In this document: positions 51,914-61,864 of the stretch, piece by piece | Layout: every line of letters starts with the position of its first letter | Position numbering within the stretch: position 1 is the first letter of the stretch | Origin: an uncultured Chlorobiaceae bacterium | Lineage (GTDB): Bacteria > Bacteroidota > Chlorobiia > Chlorobiales > Chlorobiaceae | DNA length: 64,000 nt | Assembly (NCBI GenBank): GCA_903866255.1 | Contig: CAIPMW010000029.1 | Location: 13,689-77,688 of the forward strand | Direction: 5' to 3' | The notes under the pieces: model-generated | The model's database searches: none | Told to the model about the DNA's origin: nothing | Seen by the model: only the letters and a program-made list of their open reading frames with translations | Position numbers and translations under genes: made by a program

Positions 51914-53122
51914 ATGCCGATAACAATACTCCCGGGGGAAAAATATCTTACCCGCAGGGTACTCGCTATGCAGGAATCGCAGACTATGCGAATCTCTAAT
52001 CTTGCAGGTAAAATGAAAGCTGAAGGGTTGGATATTGTCAGCCTTTCAGCAGGTGAGCCCGATTTTCCAACTCCAGCTCATGTCAACCAGGCAGGAATCG
52101 ATGCAATCAATGCCGGATTTACCCGTTACACGGCAAATTCTGGTATTGCTGATCTGAAAAAAGCTATTATTGAAAAGTTCAGGCGCGATAATGGTCTTGA
52201 GTTTATTGAAAACCAGATCATCGTCAGTAATGGTGGCAAGCAGACCCTGGCAAACACCTTTTTGGCGCTTTGTCAAGAGGATGATGAGGTGATTGTCCCT
52301 GCTCCTTTCTGGGTCAGTTTCCCTGAAATGGTTCGTCTTGCAAGCGCCACTCCAGTCATTGTTCATACTACCCTGGAAAACGAATACAAGATGACACCAG
52401 CTCAGCTTGAGGCTGCTATCTCCCCACAAACAAAGGCTCTTGTTTTGAATTCTCCCTCCAATCCAACAGGTGCTGTGTACACTGAAGCTGAGATAAGGGC
52501 TCTGATGAAGGTTCTTGAAGGTCGCGAAATTTTTGTCATTTCCGATGAAATGTATGACATGATCGTCTATGGTGATGTTCGTCCCTTTTCTCCGGCAAGG
52601 ATCCCCGCTATGAAGGAGTGGGTTATTGTCAGCAACGGTGTATCAAAAACATACGCGATGACAGGATGGAGAATTGGTTATCTTGCTGGTCCAAAATGGT
52701 TTATAGATGCCTGCGACAAAATACAATCACAGACAACGTCAAATCCAAATGCCATAGCCCAGAAAGCGGCTGTTGCGGCTTTGACAGGAGATCAGGGAGT
52801 TGTTGAAGAGCGTCGTGCAGAATTTGAGAGGCGTCGGGATTACATGTACCAGGCTCTTAACAGCATCCCCGGTTTTAAAACCGCTTTGCCCCAGGGTGCG
52901 TTCTATATTTTTCCGGATATCAGTGGTGTCCTTGGCCAAACGTTCAATGGTGTTGTGATGAAGGACTCGGCAGATGTTGCCGAATATCTCCTCAAAGTGC
53001 ATCATGTTGCAACTGTGCCAGGTGATGCCTTTGGAGCTCCGGAAAACCTTCGCCTCTCCTATGCCGCTTCGATAGCTTCATTGGAGGAGGCGGTGAACCG
53101 TATCAGGAGAGCGTTCAAATAG
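51914..53122 (+). CDS. Class I aspartate aminotransferase
   Basis: [35 protein letters not shown]. Confidence 0.93.
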   Translation: MPITILPGEKYLTRRVLAMQESQTMRISNLAGKMKAEGLDIVSLSAGEPDFPTPAHVNQAGIDAINAGFTRYTANSGIADLKKAIIEKFRRDNGLEFIENQIIVSNGGKQTLANTFLALCQEDDEVIVPAPFWVSFPEMVRLASATPVIVHTTLENEYKMTPAQLEAAISPQTKALVLNSPSNPTGAVYTEAEIRALMKVLEGREIFVISDEMYDMIVYGDVRPFSPARIPAMKEWVIVSNGVSKTYAMTGWRIGYLAGPKWFIDACDKIQSQTTSNPNAIAQKAAVAALTGDQGVVEERRAEFERRRDYMYQALNSIPGFKTALPQGAFYIFPDISGVLGQTFNGVVMKDSADVAEYLLKVHHVATVPGDAFGAPENLRLSYAASIASLEEAVNRIRRAFK

Positions 53123-53908
53123 GTGGCGCCGATGCTCAAAGTTCGTCGCAGCAGACTCTATACGTTGTGGTTCGGCTGGTATTCCCGCCGGCAGTTCAGC
53201 AGGTATTTTAATTCAGTCCGTGTTGTTATGCAATCCGGAGTGCGAGAGATGGATATTCGTACTCCGGTGATTTTTTATGCTAACCATGCCTACTGGTGGG
53301 ATGGTTTCTGGTCACAACTCTGTACTGAGGAGTTCTTTCGTCAACGACTCCATATCATCATTGAATATCAGCAATTGCGCAAGCACCGATTTTTTACACG
53401 AATTGGCGCATTTTCACTTGACCAGTCTCGCCCAAGAAGTTTCCCTGCCACACTCAACTATGCAGCGGAACTGCTCAGCAAGCATAATAAGCGACAGAAT
53501 GCCCTCTGGATTTTTCCTCAGGGCAAGATGGAGCATGTCGACAAGCGACCACTGGTATTTTATAGAGGAACAGCGTCAATTGTTTCACGTCTGCTTGAAA
53601 AAGTTCCATGTGTTTATCTTGTTTCAGTTGTCAGCAGGATTGAATATCTTGAGGACCAGAAACCAGAGCTTTTTTTGTCATTCAAAGAGCCGCATCTTGT
53701 TTCCAAAGTGAACTTTCCCGGCGCTGATAATCTCACAGCATATATGCAGGGGATGACCGAGAATCATCTTGATGAGCTTGGAGAAAAGATTCAAAACCGG
53801 AATTTGGGCGATGCAAAGACAATTATCAAGGGGCGAGCATCTGTTAACAGAAAAAGTGAGGCCCTCAGGCGTTTTATGCGTATGGGCATGGGGGGGAATA
53901 TTTTCTGA
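53123..53908 (+). CDS. Lysophospholipid acyltransferase family protein
   Basis: NH..WWDG (HX4D), IFPQG motif. Confidence 0.8.
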   Translation: MAPMLKVRRSRLYTLWFGWYSRRQFSRYFNSVRVVMQSGVREMDIRTPVIFYANHAYWWDGFWSQLCTEEFFRQRLHIIIEYQQLRKHRFFTRIGAFSLDQSRPRSFPATLNYAAELLSKHNKRQNALWIFPQGKMEHVDKRPLVFYRGTASIVSRLLEKVPCVYLVSVVSRIEYLEDQKPELFLSFKEPHLVSKVNFPGADNLTAYMQGMTENHLDELGEKIQNRNLGDAKTIIKGRASVNRKSEALRRFMRMGMGGNIF

Positions 53909-53986
53909 TAAGGTTTTGCTTATGAGTTATGATGAGAACAGATAAAGAGCAGTAAATATACAGAATCAATACCGTCCAATATTTTC

Positions 53987-54964
53987 ATGAGTAATGTTAT
54001 ATGCAGTTGTCTTTTGGGTAATAACGCAAAGGTGAGGTTACGCCTTTCACAGTTGCTGCACAACGAGATGGAATCGATTTATGGGGCATACCCTGAAGGG
54101 GTTGTTGAGGATATCTGCGAGGTTGAGTTGCAGGGTTGCCGGCGTGATTTTTTTCTCAATAACACGGGAATTCCTTTCGCTATAGGAATGCAGGTTATTA
54201 TTGAATCGGATGGTGGCTATGATTTCGGTGTTGTCTATTCCACTGGTCAGATTGCCAGAAAAAAGTTCCAGCTCAAAGGGTTGGAGAAGAATGGTCATGA
54301 GTGTACGGCCGTGTTGCGAATTGCTGATGAGAGTGACTGTCAGGCAATTGTTGAGCTGAAACAACGGCAGGTTGATATTCGTAGTGTATGTCAGAACAAG
54401 ATTAAAAAACATGAACTCGATCTGAAGCTTGTTGATATCGAATTGCGAATGGACCAGCAGAAGCTCTCGGTTTACTATACCTCTTCGCACCGTGTTGATT
54501 TCAGGGCGCTGGTTCGTGATCTTGCTGGTGAGTTCAAGGCCAGAATCCAGATGGTACAAATTACAACCCGTGAGGAGGCCAGACGGGCAAACTCCTTTGG
54601 CCCGTGCGGTTGCCTTTTGTGTTGTTCAAGCTGGCTGCCAAAAATTCATGCGAACCCCTTTGCTGAAAAATCCCCTTATGCTGAAGTGGCAGGTAATGAC
54701 AGCCATGCGTTTAACATTACCGGGATATGTAACCGTCCAAAGTGCTGTCTTGGTTATTCAAAACTTGAGAAGGGGTGTCGCAACCACTCTTCAGCTCATC
54801 CAGCAATGCCCGTAGTTGGCAGCAGGATATCAACACCGGAGGGCGCTGCCGTGGTTGAAAATATTGATCCTCAGAAAAAACTTGTCTGGCTGCGTTACCA
54901 GAAGAACGATCAGACACGGAGGATCCCGCTTGACAAGTTCAATGCCCTCTCTGTCAACAAATAA
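53987..54964 (+). CDS. PSP1/RicT (YaaT) family protein
   Basis: RVDFRALVRDLA, GPCG..LCCS.W, G.C.R.KCCL Cys cluster. Confidence 0.88.
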   Translation: MSNVICSCLLGNNAKVRLRLSQLLHNEMESIYGAYPEGVVEDICEVELQGCRRDFFLNNTGIPFAIGMQVIIESDGGYDFGVVYSTGQIARKKFQLKGLEKNGHECTAVLRIADESDCQAIVELKQRQVDIRSVCQNKIKKHELDLKLVDIELRMDQQKLSVYYTSSHRVDFRALVRDLAGEFKARIQMVQITTREEARRANSFGPCGCLLCCSSWLPKIHANPFAEKSPYAEVAGNDSHAFNITGICNRPKCCLGYSKLEKGCRNHSSAHPAMPVVGSRISTPEGAAVVENIDPQKKLVWLRYQKNDQTRRIPLDKFNALSVNK

Positions 54965-54976
54965 TGCTTTTCATTT

Positions 54977-57148
54977 ATGCATCATTTTAAAAGAACGCTT
55001 GTCACTTCAGCCCTTCCTTACGCCAATGGTCCGGTTCATCTGGGTCATCTTGCCGGAGTTTATCTTCCTGCTGATATTTTTGTCCGTTATAAAAGGCTCA
55101 AGGGTGAGGATATCATTCATATTGGTGGATCAGACGAACACGGAGTCCCCATTACCATTACCGCTGAAAAGGAGGGGATTTCACCGCAGGATGTTGTTGA
55201 CCGCTATCACCATAAGAATTGTGATGCCTTCTCGAAATGTGGAATCTCCTTTGATTACTATGGCAGAACAACCTCAGCCATTCATCATGAAACGGCACAG
55301 GAGTTCTTTCTTGAGATTGAGGGAAAGGGCATTTTTCAACAAAAAAATGAAAAGCTTTTTTTTGACCGTTACGCAAACCGCTTTCTTTCGGACCGATATG
55401 TGACCGGAACCTGTCCAATCTGCAATAATTCTGAGGCAAATGGCGATCAGTGCGAAGAGTGCGGCACCCATTTAAGTCCACTTGAACTGATCAACCCGAA
55501 GAGCAAACTCTCGGATGCAACCCCTGAATTGCGTGATACCATGCACTGGTATTTTCCTCTTGGACGCTTTCAGGAGCAACTTGAGGCCTATGTTCATACT
55601 CACAAGGAAGACTGGCGCTCAAATGTGGTTAACTATACCAATACCTGGCTTAAACAGGGACTGAATGATCGGGCGATTACCCGTGACCTGTCATGGGGGA
55701 TAAAGGTGCCTCTTGAGAGCGAAGAGGCTGTTGGAAAGGTGCTCTATGTCTGGTTTGACGCGGTGCTGGGTTATATCTCATTTACCAAAGAGTGGGCGGC
55801 ACAGCGGGGAGAGAGCGAACTGTGGAAATCATACTGGCAGGATCCGCACTGCCGCCTTGTTCACTTTATTGGCAAGGATAATGTTGTTTTTCATACCCTG
55901 ATGTTTCCAGCTATCCTCATGGCATGGAACAAAGGTCGTGCCACTGACCTCTACAATCTTGCTGATAATGTTCCGGCATCGGAGTTCATGAATTTTGAGG
56001 GGAGGAAGTTCTCAAAATCAAGAAACTATGCGGTCTATCTTGGTGAATTTCTTGAGAAGTTTCCTGCAGACACCCTTCGCTACAGCATTGCGATGAACTA
56101 TCCTGAAAACAAGGATACCGATTTCAGTTGGCAGGATTTTCAGAATCGTACTAATGGTGAACTGGCCGATACGCTCGGTAATTTTATAAAGCGCTCGGTT
56201 GATTTTACCAATTCGAGATTCGGTGGAGTTGTCCCGATTGATTGTCCTCTGGATGTTATGAGCTCTTTTACAGTTATTCTGACTCATGACAATGATGTTG
56301 AAATTGACGAGCTTGGCAACAGGGTAAATCTTGTTGATTTGATTGATGAAATCAGAGATGCCTATGACGGCTTCCATTTCCGTGAGGCAGTTTCCAAAAC
56401 AATGGATATAGCGCGTAAGGCTAACCGGTTTCTTACGCAATACGAACCATGGAAACTCATAAAGACGGATCATGAAGCTGCGGCTCGTGTTATGTCTGTA
56501 TCACTTAATCTTTGTCATTCTCTTTCAATTCTTTTTTATCCGGTTATCCCTGAAACCTGCAATCGTATACACGCCATGCTTGGTTTTGACGGCACGATCG
56601 AAAGCCTTGTAATGCAAGTGGATAACCCAGAGGATTCCCTTTGGGAGCAGGCGAAAAATCCTGGATTGAACATGGGACACAAACTCGCTGGAACTTCTGA
56701 AATTCTTTTCACCAAAATTGAGGATACCGATATTGCCCCTGAACTAAAAAAAATAGAGGCCTTGCTGGCCGAAGCAGAAAAAAGGGAAGCTGTCGCTGTG
56801 GAGAGTCGCATGGAGTTCAAGCCGGTGATCACTTTTGACGATTTTCTGAAGGTTGACCTGAGGGTGGCACAAGTGATTGCTGCTGAAACGGTCAAGAAAG
56901 CAGGAAAATTGCTGAAACTGCAACTGCAGGTTGGTTCTGTCACGAAACAGGTGCTTGCTGGTATTGCGAAGCATTACACCCCTGAAGAGATGGTTGGTAA
57001 AAATGTGCTCTTGGTAGCCAATCTTGCCGAGCGGAGCATTCGTGATGAAGTTTCAGAGGGAATGATTCTTGCTGTCGAAGGGATTGACGGCAAGCTTTTT
57101 GTCGTAGAGCCCTCAGGAGATGAAATAAACGGTAAACAGATACAATAA
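54977..57148 (+). CDS. metG: Methionine-tRNA ligase with C-terminal tRNA-binding domain
   Basis: ALPYANG..HLG, zinc knuckle, YVWFDA, KFSKS, DLRVA...SEGMIL. Confidence 0.98.
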   Translation: MHHFKRTLVTSALPYANGPVHLGHLAGVYLPADIFVRYKRLKGEDIIHIGGSDEHGVPITITAEKEGISPQDVVDRYHHKNCDAFSKCGISFDYYGRTTSAIHHETAQEFFLEIEGKGIFQQKNEKLFFDRYANRFLSDRYVTGTCPICNNSEANGDQCEECGTHLSPLELINPKSKLSDATPELRDTMHWYFPLGRFQEQLEAYVHTHKEDWRSNVVNYTNTWLKQGLNDRAITRDLSWGIKVPLESEEAVGKVLYVWFDAVLGYISFTKEWAAQRGESELWKSYWQDPHCRLVHFIGKDNVVFHTLMFPAILMAWNKGRATDLYNLADNVPASEFMNFEGRKFSKSRNYAVYLGEFLEKFPADTLRYSIAMNYPENKDTDFSWQDFQNRTNGELADTLGNFIKRSVDFTNSRFGGVVPIDCPLDVMSSFTVILTHDNDVEIDELGNRVNLVDLIDEIRDAYDGFHFREAVSKTMDIARKANRFLTQYEPWKLIKTDHEAAARVMSVSLNLCHSLSILFYPVIPETCNRIHAMLGFDGTIESLVMQVDNPEDSLWEQAKNPGLNMGHKLAGTSEILFTKIEDTDIAPELKKIEALLAEAEKREAVAVESRMEFKPVITFDDFLKVDLRVAQVIAAETVKKAGKLLKLQLQVGSVTKQVLAGIAKHYTPEEMVGKNVLLVANLAERSIRDEVSEGMILAVEGIDGKLFVVEPSGDEINGKQIQ

Positions 57149-57193
57149 TTGTTTGGGGATAAGATTTAATTCCTTACATTGTTGCACAAACAT

Positions 57194-57269
<76 letters not shown>

Positions 57270-57319
57270 GTAAAAGCCGCCTAGGAAAAGGGTGGCTTTT
57301 TTGTTTATACTTCATCAGT

Positions 57320-58552
57320 ATGAGAATGAAAAAGCCTGTTTGGATACTTGCTGCAACAGTTCTGGTGGCGCTGATTATTCCTGTGATGTCCAGGGCTTAT
57401 GCAGAAGAGCTGCTCTGCGGTATCGATCGGCTTGATGCCTCAGAATGTCGTGAACTCTCAGGTTTGAGAGTTGCTCTTATTTCAAACGCAAGGAGTCTCA
57501 GCAAAACAGGGGAGTCAAGCTATGCGCTTCTGCTCCGACATGGTGTCAAGTTGAAGTATCTCATGGCTCCTGAGCATGGTTTTCTTGCTGACATCGAAGC
57601 TGGCCAAAAAGTTGGTCGCGCAGTAATTGCCGATACCATACCGGTCTTTTCACTTTATGGCGCATCAAAAAAACCAGATATTCAGCAATTACGGGAGATT
57701 GATCTGCTTCTCTTTGACCTTCAGGATATTGGAACCCGTTGCTATACCTACATTTCAACGATGAAGTATGCTATGGAAGCTTGTGAGCAGGCGGGCATAG
57801 CCTTTATGGTGCTTGATCGTCCCAATCCGGTTGTACCACTTGCTCAAAGCGGTTTCATGGTGACATCAGGATATGAGTCCTTTGTTGGAGCAGTCAACAT
57901 TCCTTTTCTTCATGCGATGACGGTCGGGGAGATTGCGATGCTTTTGCGGAAACAGTACTATAAACGGCTTGACCTCCGGGTGATACCGATGAAGGGATAT
58001 CAACGGACCAAATTTGGCGATGAACAGCAAGGGTTTACGTTCAGGAGTCCTTCGCCGAACATCCGCAATGTTGAGACTGCAATTGTTTATCCGGCAACGG
58101 TTCTGCTTGAGGCAACTGCCTTGAGTGAAGGACGGGGAACAGATTCTCCATTTATGCAGTTTGGCGCTCCATTTATCAACAGTGAGGCTCTTCTTGCTGC
58201 TGTCAGGAAATACAAGCTTCCAGGCATTACGTTTGAGCCAGCGCTGTTTACGCCCCGTTCAAGCAAGTTCAGCGAGGAGATCTGCCATGGCATCAAACTT
58301 GTCTTGACCGACAGGAGAGCATTCATGCCATTCAGAACGGCAACAGTTTTACTTCTTGAGCTTCAGCGTTTGTATTCTTTCAATATCAGACTGGACAAGA
58401 ACGGAAGATTATTTGACCAACTCGCGGGCACGCCTCTCTTGCGGAAGATGATAATAAACCAGCGACCAGTCGAAGATATTATGGAGGAGAGCCTCAAGCA
58501 GAGAGAAGCGTTCAGCCGATTGATTCCCGCAAACCATTTTCTTTACAACTGA
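57320..58552 (+). CDS. DUF1343 / NamZ-like exo-beta-N-acetylmuramidase
   Basis: APEHG, SLYG, FDLQDIGTR.YTYIST, LDRPNP, PSPN, SEGRGT..PF. Confidence 0.9.
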   Translation: MRMKKPVWILAATVLVALIIPVMSRAYAEELLCGIDRLDASECRELSGLRVALISNARSLSKTGESSYALLLRHGVKLKYLMAPEHGFLADIEAGQKVGRAVIADTIPVFSLYGASKKPDIQQLREIDLLLFDLQDIGTRCYTYISTMKYAMEACEQAGIAFMVLDRPNPVVPLAQSGFMVTSGYESFVGAVNIPFLHAMTVGEIAMLLRKQYYKRLDLRVIPMKGYQRTKFGDEQQGFTFRSPSPNIRNVETAIVYPATVLLEATALSEGRGTDSPFMQFGAPFINSEALLAAVRKYKLPGITFEPALFTPRSSKFSEEICHGIKLVLTDRRAFMPFRTATVLLLELQRLYSFNIRLDKNGRLFDQLAGTPLLRKMIINQRPVEDIMEESLKQREAFSRLIPANHFLYN

Positions 58553-58562
58553 CCAATTTTCT

Positions 58563-59138
58563 TTACGCCTTTTTTGGACGCCCCCTTTTTTTTGAACCAC
58601 CCTCTTTTTCATCCAATTGGTCAGGAAGGACGGGTTCATCATTTATTTCATCAGGTTCCTCAAGATGTTCCTCAAGATGTTCATCGTGAAGATCCTGCTC
58701 AACAATAAGGTCAATTTCATCGCCAAGAAGTTCGTCGATACTTTCATCAACAGGGGAAGGCGATTTCCCCCGATTATTTCGTTTGGTTTTCATTGCTGGC
58801 TCAATAAGTGTCATCACCTCATTGATAGAAGAAAAAATGTAAAGCTGTTTGTCCAGATTGGTCAGTTTCAGCAGATCCTTTATCTGCTTACAGAGTGATA
58901 CAAAAATGGCAAGGCCGCTAGATTGATTCGCAAGCTGATGGGCAAGAAGCATTGAGCTGATGCCTGATGAGTCTATAGCCTTCACTTGGGAAAAATCAAT
59001 GATCAGGTTTTTGGTGCTCTCCTTGTTGACCATCACATCAATCGAACTTCGGAACGAATCGCGGTGGCGAAAATCAAACACCTCTTCCTCAATCTTCAGA
59101 ACGGTTAATTCTTTACGTGTTGATACTGAGTTTTTCAT
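58563..59138 (-). CDS. STAS (anti-anti-sigma) protein with acidic tail and terminal AT-hook-like motif
   Basis: IIDFSQV..IDSSG STAS motif; Asp/Glu-rich tail; ends KKRGRPKKA. Confidence 0.85.
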   Translation of the reverse strand: MKNSVSTRKELTVLKIEEEVFDFRHRDSFRSSIDVMVNKESTKNLIIDFSQVKAIDSSGISSMLLAHQLANQSSGLAIFVSLCKQIKDLLKLTNLDKQLYIFSSINEVMTLIEPAMKTKRNNRGKSPSPVDESIDELLGDEIDLIVEQDLHDEHLEEHLEEPDEINDEPVLPDQLDEKEGGSKKRGRPKKA

Positions 59139-59382
59139 GGCAAAATCTAACAATGAGTCATATAAATCATTATTTATAAATCATATAGCAAATTATTCCA
59201 CGCGATGGATTATCAGGTTTGTTGATAAAGAAACATAACGAACCCCAACACATAAAACATTATTGATAAGTAAGGTAAAAAAAAGCTTATGGTAAATTAT
59301 TTTTTTGGAACAGATGTGCTCACCCCCCCCCCTTATTATGGCTCCAGTATAATAAAACAGAGGCCGGGAATTTGTTCAATTA

Positions 59383-59652
59383 TCAGCTTTTTTTCGAAAA
59401 CAGGTCGTTTTTGATCAATGTATCAACGGATTTTGTGATCTCAGGCGCAAGTCCATAAGGATTCATGTTGCTGATAACCATCGCAAGTGTAAAGATTTTT
59501 CCTTCGAGAGGGAGAAATTTGTTCACAACAACCACTCTCTCATCTCTCAGGCGACACTCCCCACCAAGGAAGTTCCCTTTTTCATAACGCAGCGTGTAAC
59601 CAAGCTCTTTTATCGTCGTCTCAAGCAGAGAGAGTTGATCCGATTTTTTCAT
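59383..59652 (-). CDS. Conserved hypothetical protein
   Basis: LGY.LRYEKGNF.GG.C.L motif recalled from Bacteroidota/Chlorobi small proteins. Confidence 0.65.
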   Translation of the reverse strand: MKKSDQLSLLETTIKELGYTLRYEKGNFLGGECRLRDERVVVVNKFLPLEGKIFTLAMVISNMNPYGLAPEITKSVDTLIKNDLFSKKS

Positions 59653-59682
59653 ATACCATCCCCTCATTGGTTATGCTGGAGC

Positions 59683-61080
59683 TTATCCCCTCATCCTCGG
59701 ATCCAGTGCGTCACGCACCCCGTCACCAATAAGGTTGAAGCATACGACGGTTGACAGAATGGCAATACCAGGGAAGGTTGAGATCCACCAATAGTTTAAA
59801 AGGCTGTCGCGTCCTTCGTTAATAATATTGCCCCAGCTTGGTGCAGGGGGCTGAACGCCAAGTCCGAGAAATGAGAGCCCGGCCTCTGTGAGGATAATAC
59901 TGCCAATTCTCAGTGTCGCGGCTATTATAACCGGAGTCATTGTATTGGGAGCAAGGTGACGGAAAATGATTCTCATATTTGACAGACCGAGGGACTTTGC
60001 AGCAAGAATGAACTCCTGCTCTTTGAGCGACAGCACCTGGCTTCTTACTATTCGCGCTACCCCCATCCATCCGGTAAAAGAGAGGGTGATAACAATGAGA
60101 AAGATGGAGTTGCCGAAGGTGGCGATAATGATAAGGATAAGAAAGAGTGCCGGGAAGGCGATGAGCACATCCACAACTCGCATCATGATGGCATCAATCC
60201 AGCCTCCAAAATATCCGGATGTGACTCCGATTATTGTGCCAAGGGAGACCGAAATCAGAACAACCAGAAAGCCTATGGAGAGCGAAATTTTTGACCCGTA
60301 AATAACCCGGCTGAAAATATCCCGCCCATACTGGTCTGTTCCTAAAATAAATGTACGAGCCACTGCAAGTTTCCCTTTTCCCGCTTCTGCAAGCTCCTCA
60401 ACGGGCATGGTTTTGGTTCTCATGCCCTGACGGTAGATAACAGTGTTGCCCTCAATGTGATATTCGTTAACAAACCGGATAGCATTGGGTTCGTTGCGTG
60501 TTTTCAGTATCTGGAAATCCCTGATAAGTCTGTTTGCAAGACGAATGGTCGTTCCATCACCCTCCTGCATGGGAATAATCAGCGCTTTGGGTTGTTTCAG
60601 TACCAGCGCATTCAGTTGTGAAAGAGGAGGCTGATATGCCGTGACGAGAAAATCCTGCTGATCATAAGGGCTGAATGGCGCGATGAATGGTGCAAGAAAT
60701 GCTGCGGAGTAAAGAATAAATATGATGACTGAGGCGTACACGGCGACGGAATGTCGCATGAATGCTTTGAGACTTATTGTACGAGGGCCTGCTTCCTGGC
60801 GCGTGGAATAACTTCTCTTTTTCAAAGATTTTAGACCAAGTATGGCAAGAGAGACAAGAACCACTACAAGATAGATGGCTCCAATCCAGAATTCAAGGAT
60901 TTCAGGGGTAAATATATCGCTGAATGCTTTTTGGTCGGAAAAAAAAAGCGCGACCGCAATAAAAATTGAGCGGAAACTGATCAGCACCAGCTCTTTCCTG
61001 ATAAAGAAAATCAGCAGAAAAGCAAATGCAGAGAGAATAAAAAATAGATCTTTCCCTCTCTTCCTTTGTGTTATCGGTAT
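59683..61080 (-). CDS. Peptide/nickel ABC transporter permease (OppC/DppC-like); start uncertain
   Basis: LGTDQYGRDIFSR, EFILAAKSLG, LSFLGLG, SWG..I, GDGVRDALDP. Confidence 0.88.
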   Translation of the reverse strand: MPITQRKRGKDLFFILSAFAFLLIFFIRKELVLISFRSIFIAVALFFSDQKAFSDIFTPEILEFWIGAIYLVVVLVSLAILGLKSLKKRSYSTRQEAGPRTISLKAFMRHSVAVYASVIIFILYSAAFLAPFIAPFSPYDQQDFLVTAYQPPLSQLNALVLKQPKALIIPMQEGDGTTIRLANRLIRDFQILKTRNEPNAIRFVNEYHIEGNTVIYRQGMRTKTMPVEELAEAGKGKLAVARTFILGTDQYGRDIFSRVIYGSKISLSIGFLVVLISVSLGTIIGVTSGYFGGWIDAIMMRVVDVLIAFPALFLILIIIATFGNSIFLIVITLSFTGWMGVARIVRSQVLSLKEQEFILAAKSLGLSNMRIIFRHLAPNTMTPVIIAATLRIGSIILTEAGLSFLGLGVQPPAPSWGNIINEGRDSLLNYWWISTFPGIAILSTVVCFNLIGDGVRDALDPRMRG

Positions 61081-61179
61081 GGATGGCCGTTCACTGGTGA
61101 GCAGGGAAGATGCTCCTCCGGAATCTCTCTCGGTGTTCAAACTCGTATGGCTATCGTTGAATGTTGTCTCGCAGAACGT

Positions 61180-61215
61180 AAAAAAAGCTGCTTTTCCCGA
61201 AAGAAAAACAGCTTT
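61180..61215 (-). terminator. Rho-independent terminator of prs-rplY
   Basis: Minus strand: AAAGCUGUUUUUC-loop-GAAAAGCAGCUUU then further U residues. Confidence 0.75.
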
Positions 61216-61234
61216 AACAGAGGTTAAAAAGCAC

Positions 61235-61834
61235 TCAGCTTGCTGTAGTGGTGGCCACTTCGACAGTAGCCTCTGCCTCTTTTTTGGAGGCAAGAACGGT
61301 AATAACGGGTATGTCGGGATCATCCATAATCTCCAATCCGCTATATGCGTCCATCGGAATCTCCCTGACATGAATAGAATGGCCAATCTCAAGCGCAGAA
61401 ACATCAACCAAAAGGTGATCAGGCATATTTTCAGGCTTGCCCTTTATCGTGAGTGCGTGAAGAATAATCAGCAGTTTGCCACCTTTTTCAACTCCCGCAC
61501 TGTCGCCAGTAACAGAGACAGGTACCTCAAGTTCAATCACCTCTTCAGCCGAGAAGAGCTGAAAATCGGTATGAATAATCCTGTCAGTTACAGGGTGAAA
61601 CTGAACCTCCTTGATAAAGGAGCGTTTGATTTTACCATCCGGAAACTGGAGATCAATAATATGCGACTCAGCCGAATGTACCAGTTTTTTCAATGCAAGC
61701 TCATTGACACTGATCGACACAGTCTCTTCGCCTTTATGATAGACAACAGCGGGCACAACCCCATCCTTGCGAATTTTTGCCGCTTCACCTTTTTTTATAA
61801 CACGAGGCTCTACCCCCAATACAATAGTTTCCAT
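61235..61834 (-). CDS. rplY: 50S ribosomal protein L25/Ctc
   Basis: VPAVVY, KEVQFHPV, HTDF, ALEIGHSIHV. Confidence 0.95.
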   Translation of the reverse strand: METIVLGVEPRVIKKGEAAKIRKDGVVPAVVYHKGEETVSISVNELALKKLVHSAESHIIDLQFPDGKIKRSFIKEVQFHPVTDRIIHTDFQLFSAEEVIELEVPVSVTGDSAGVEKGGKLLIILHALTIKGKPENMPDHLLVDVSALEIGHSIHVREIPMDAYSGLEIMDDPDIPVITVLASKKEAEATVEVATTTAS

Positions 61835-61864
61835 GCTCTTCCTTTATCTCTTTTTCGCTTTTGT

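Noticed and set aside
61081-61407. N-terminal extension of the 574-aa permease ORF
   Set aside because: Overlaps rplY and its terminator; not permease-like
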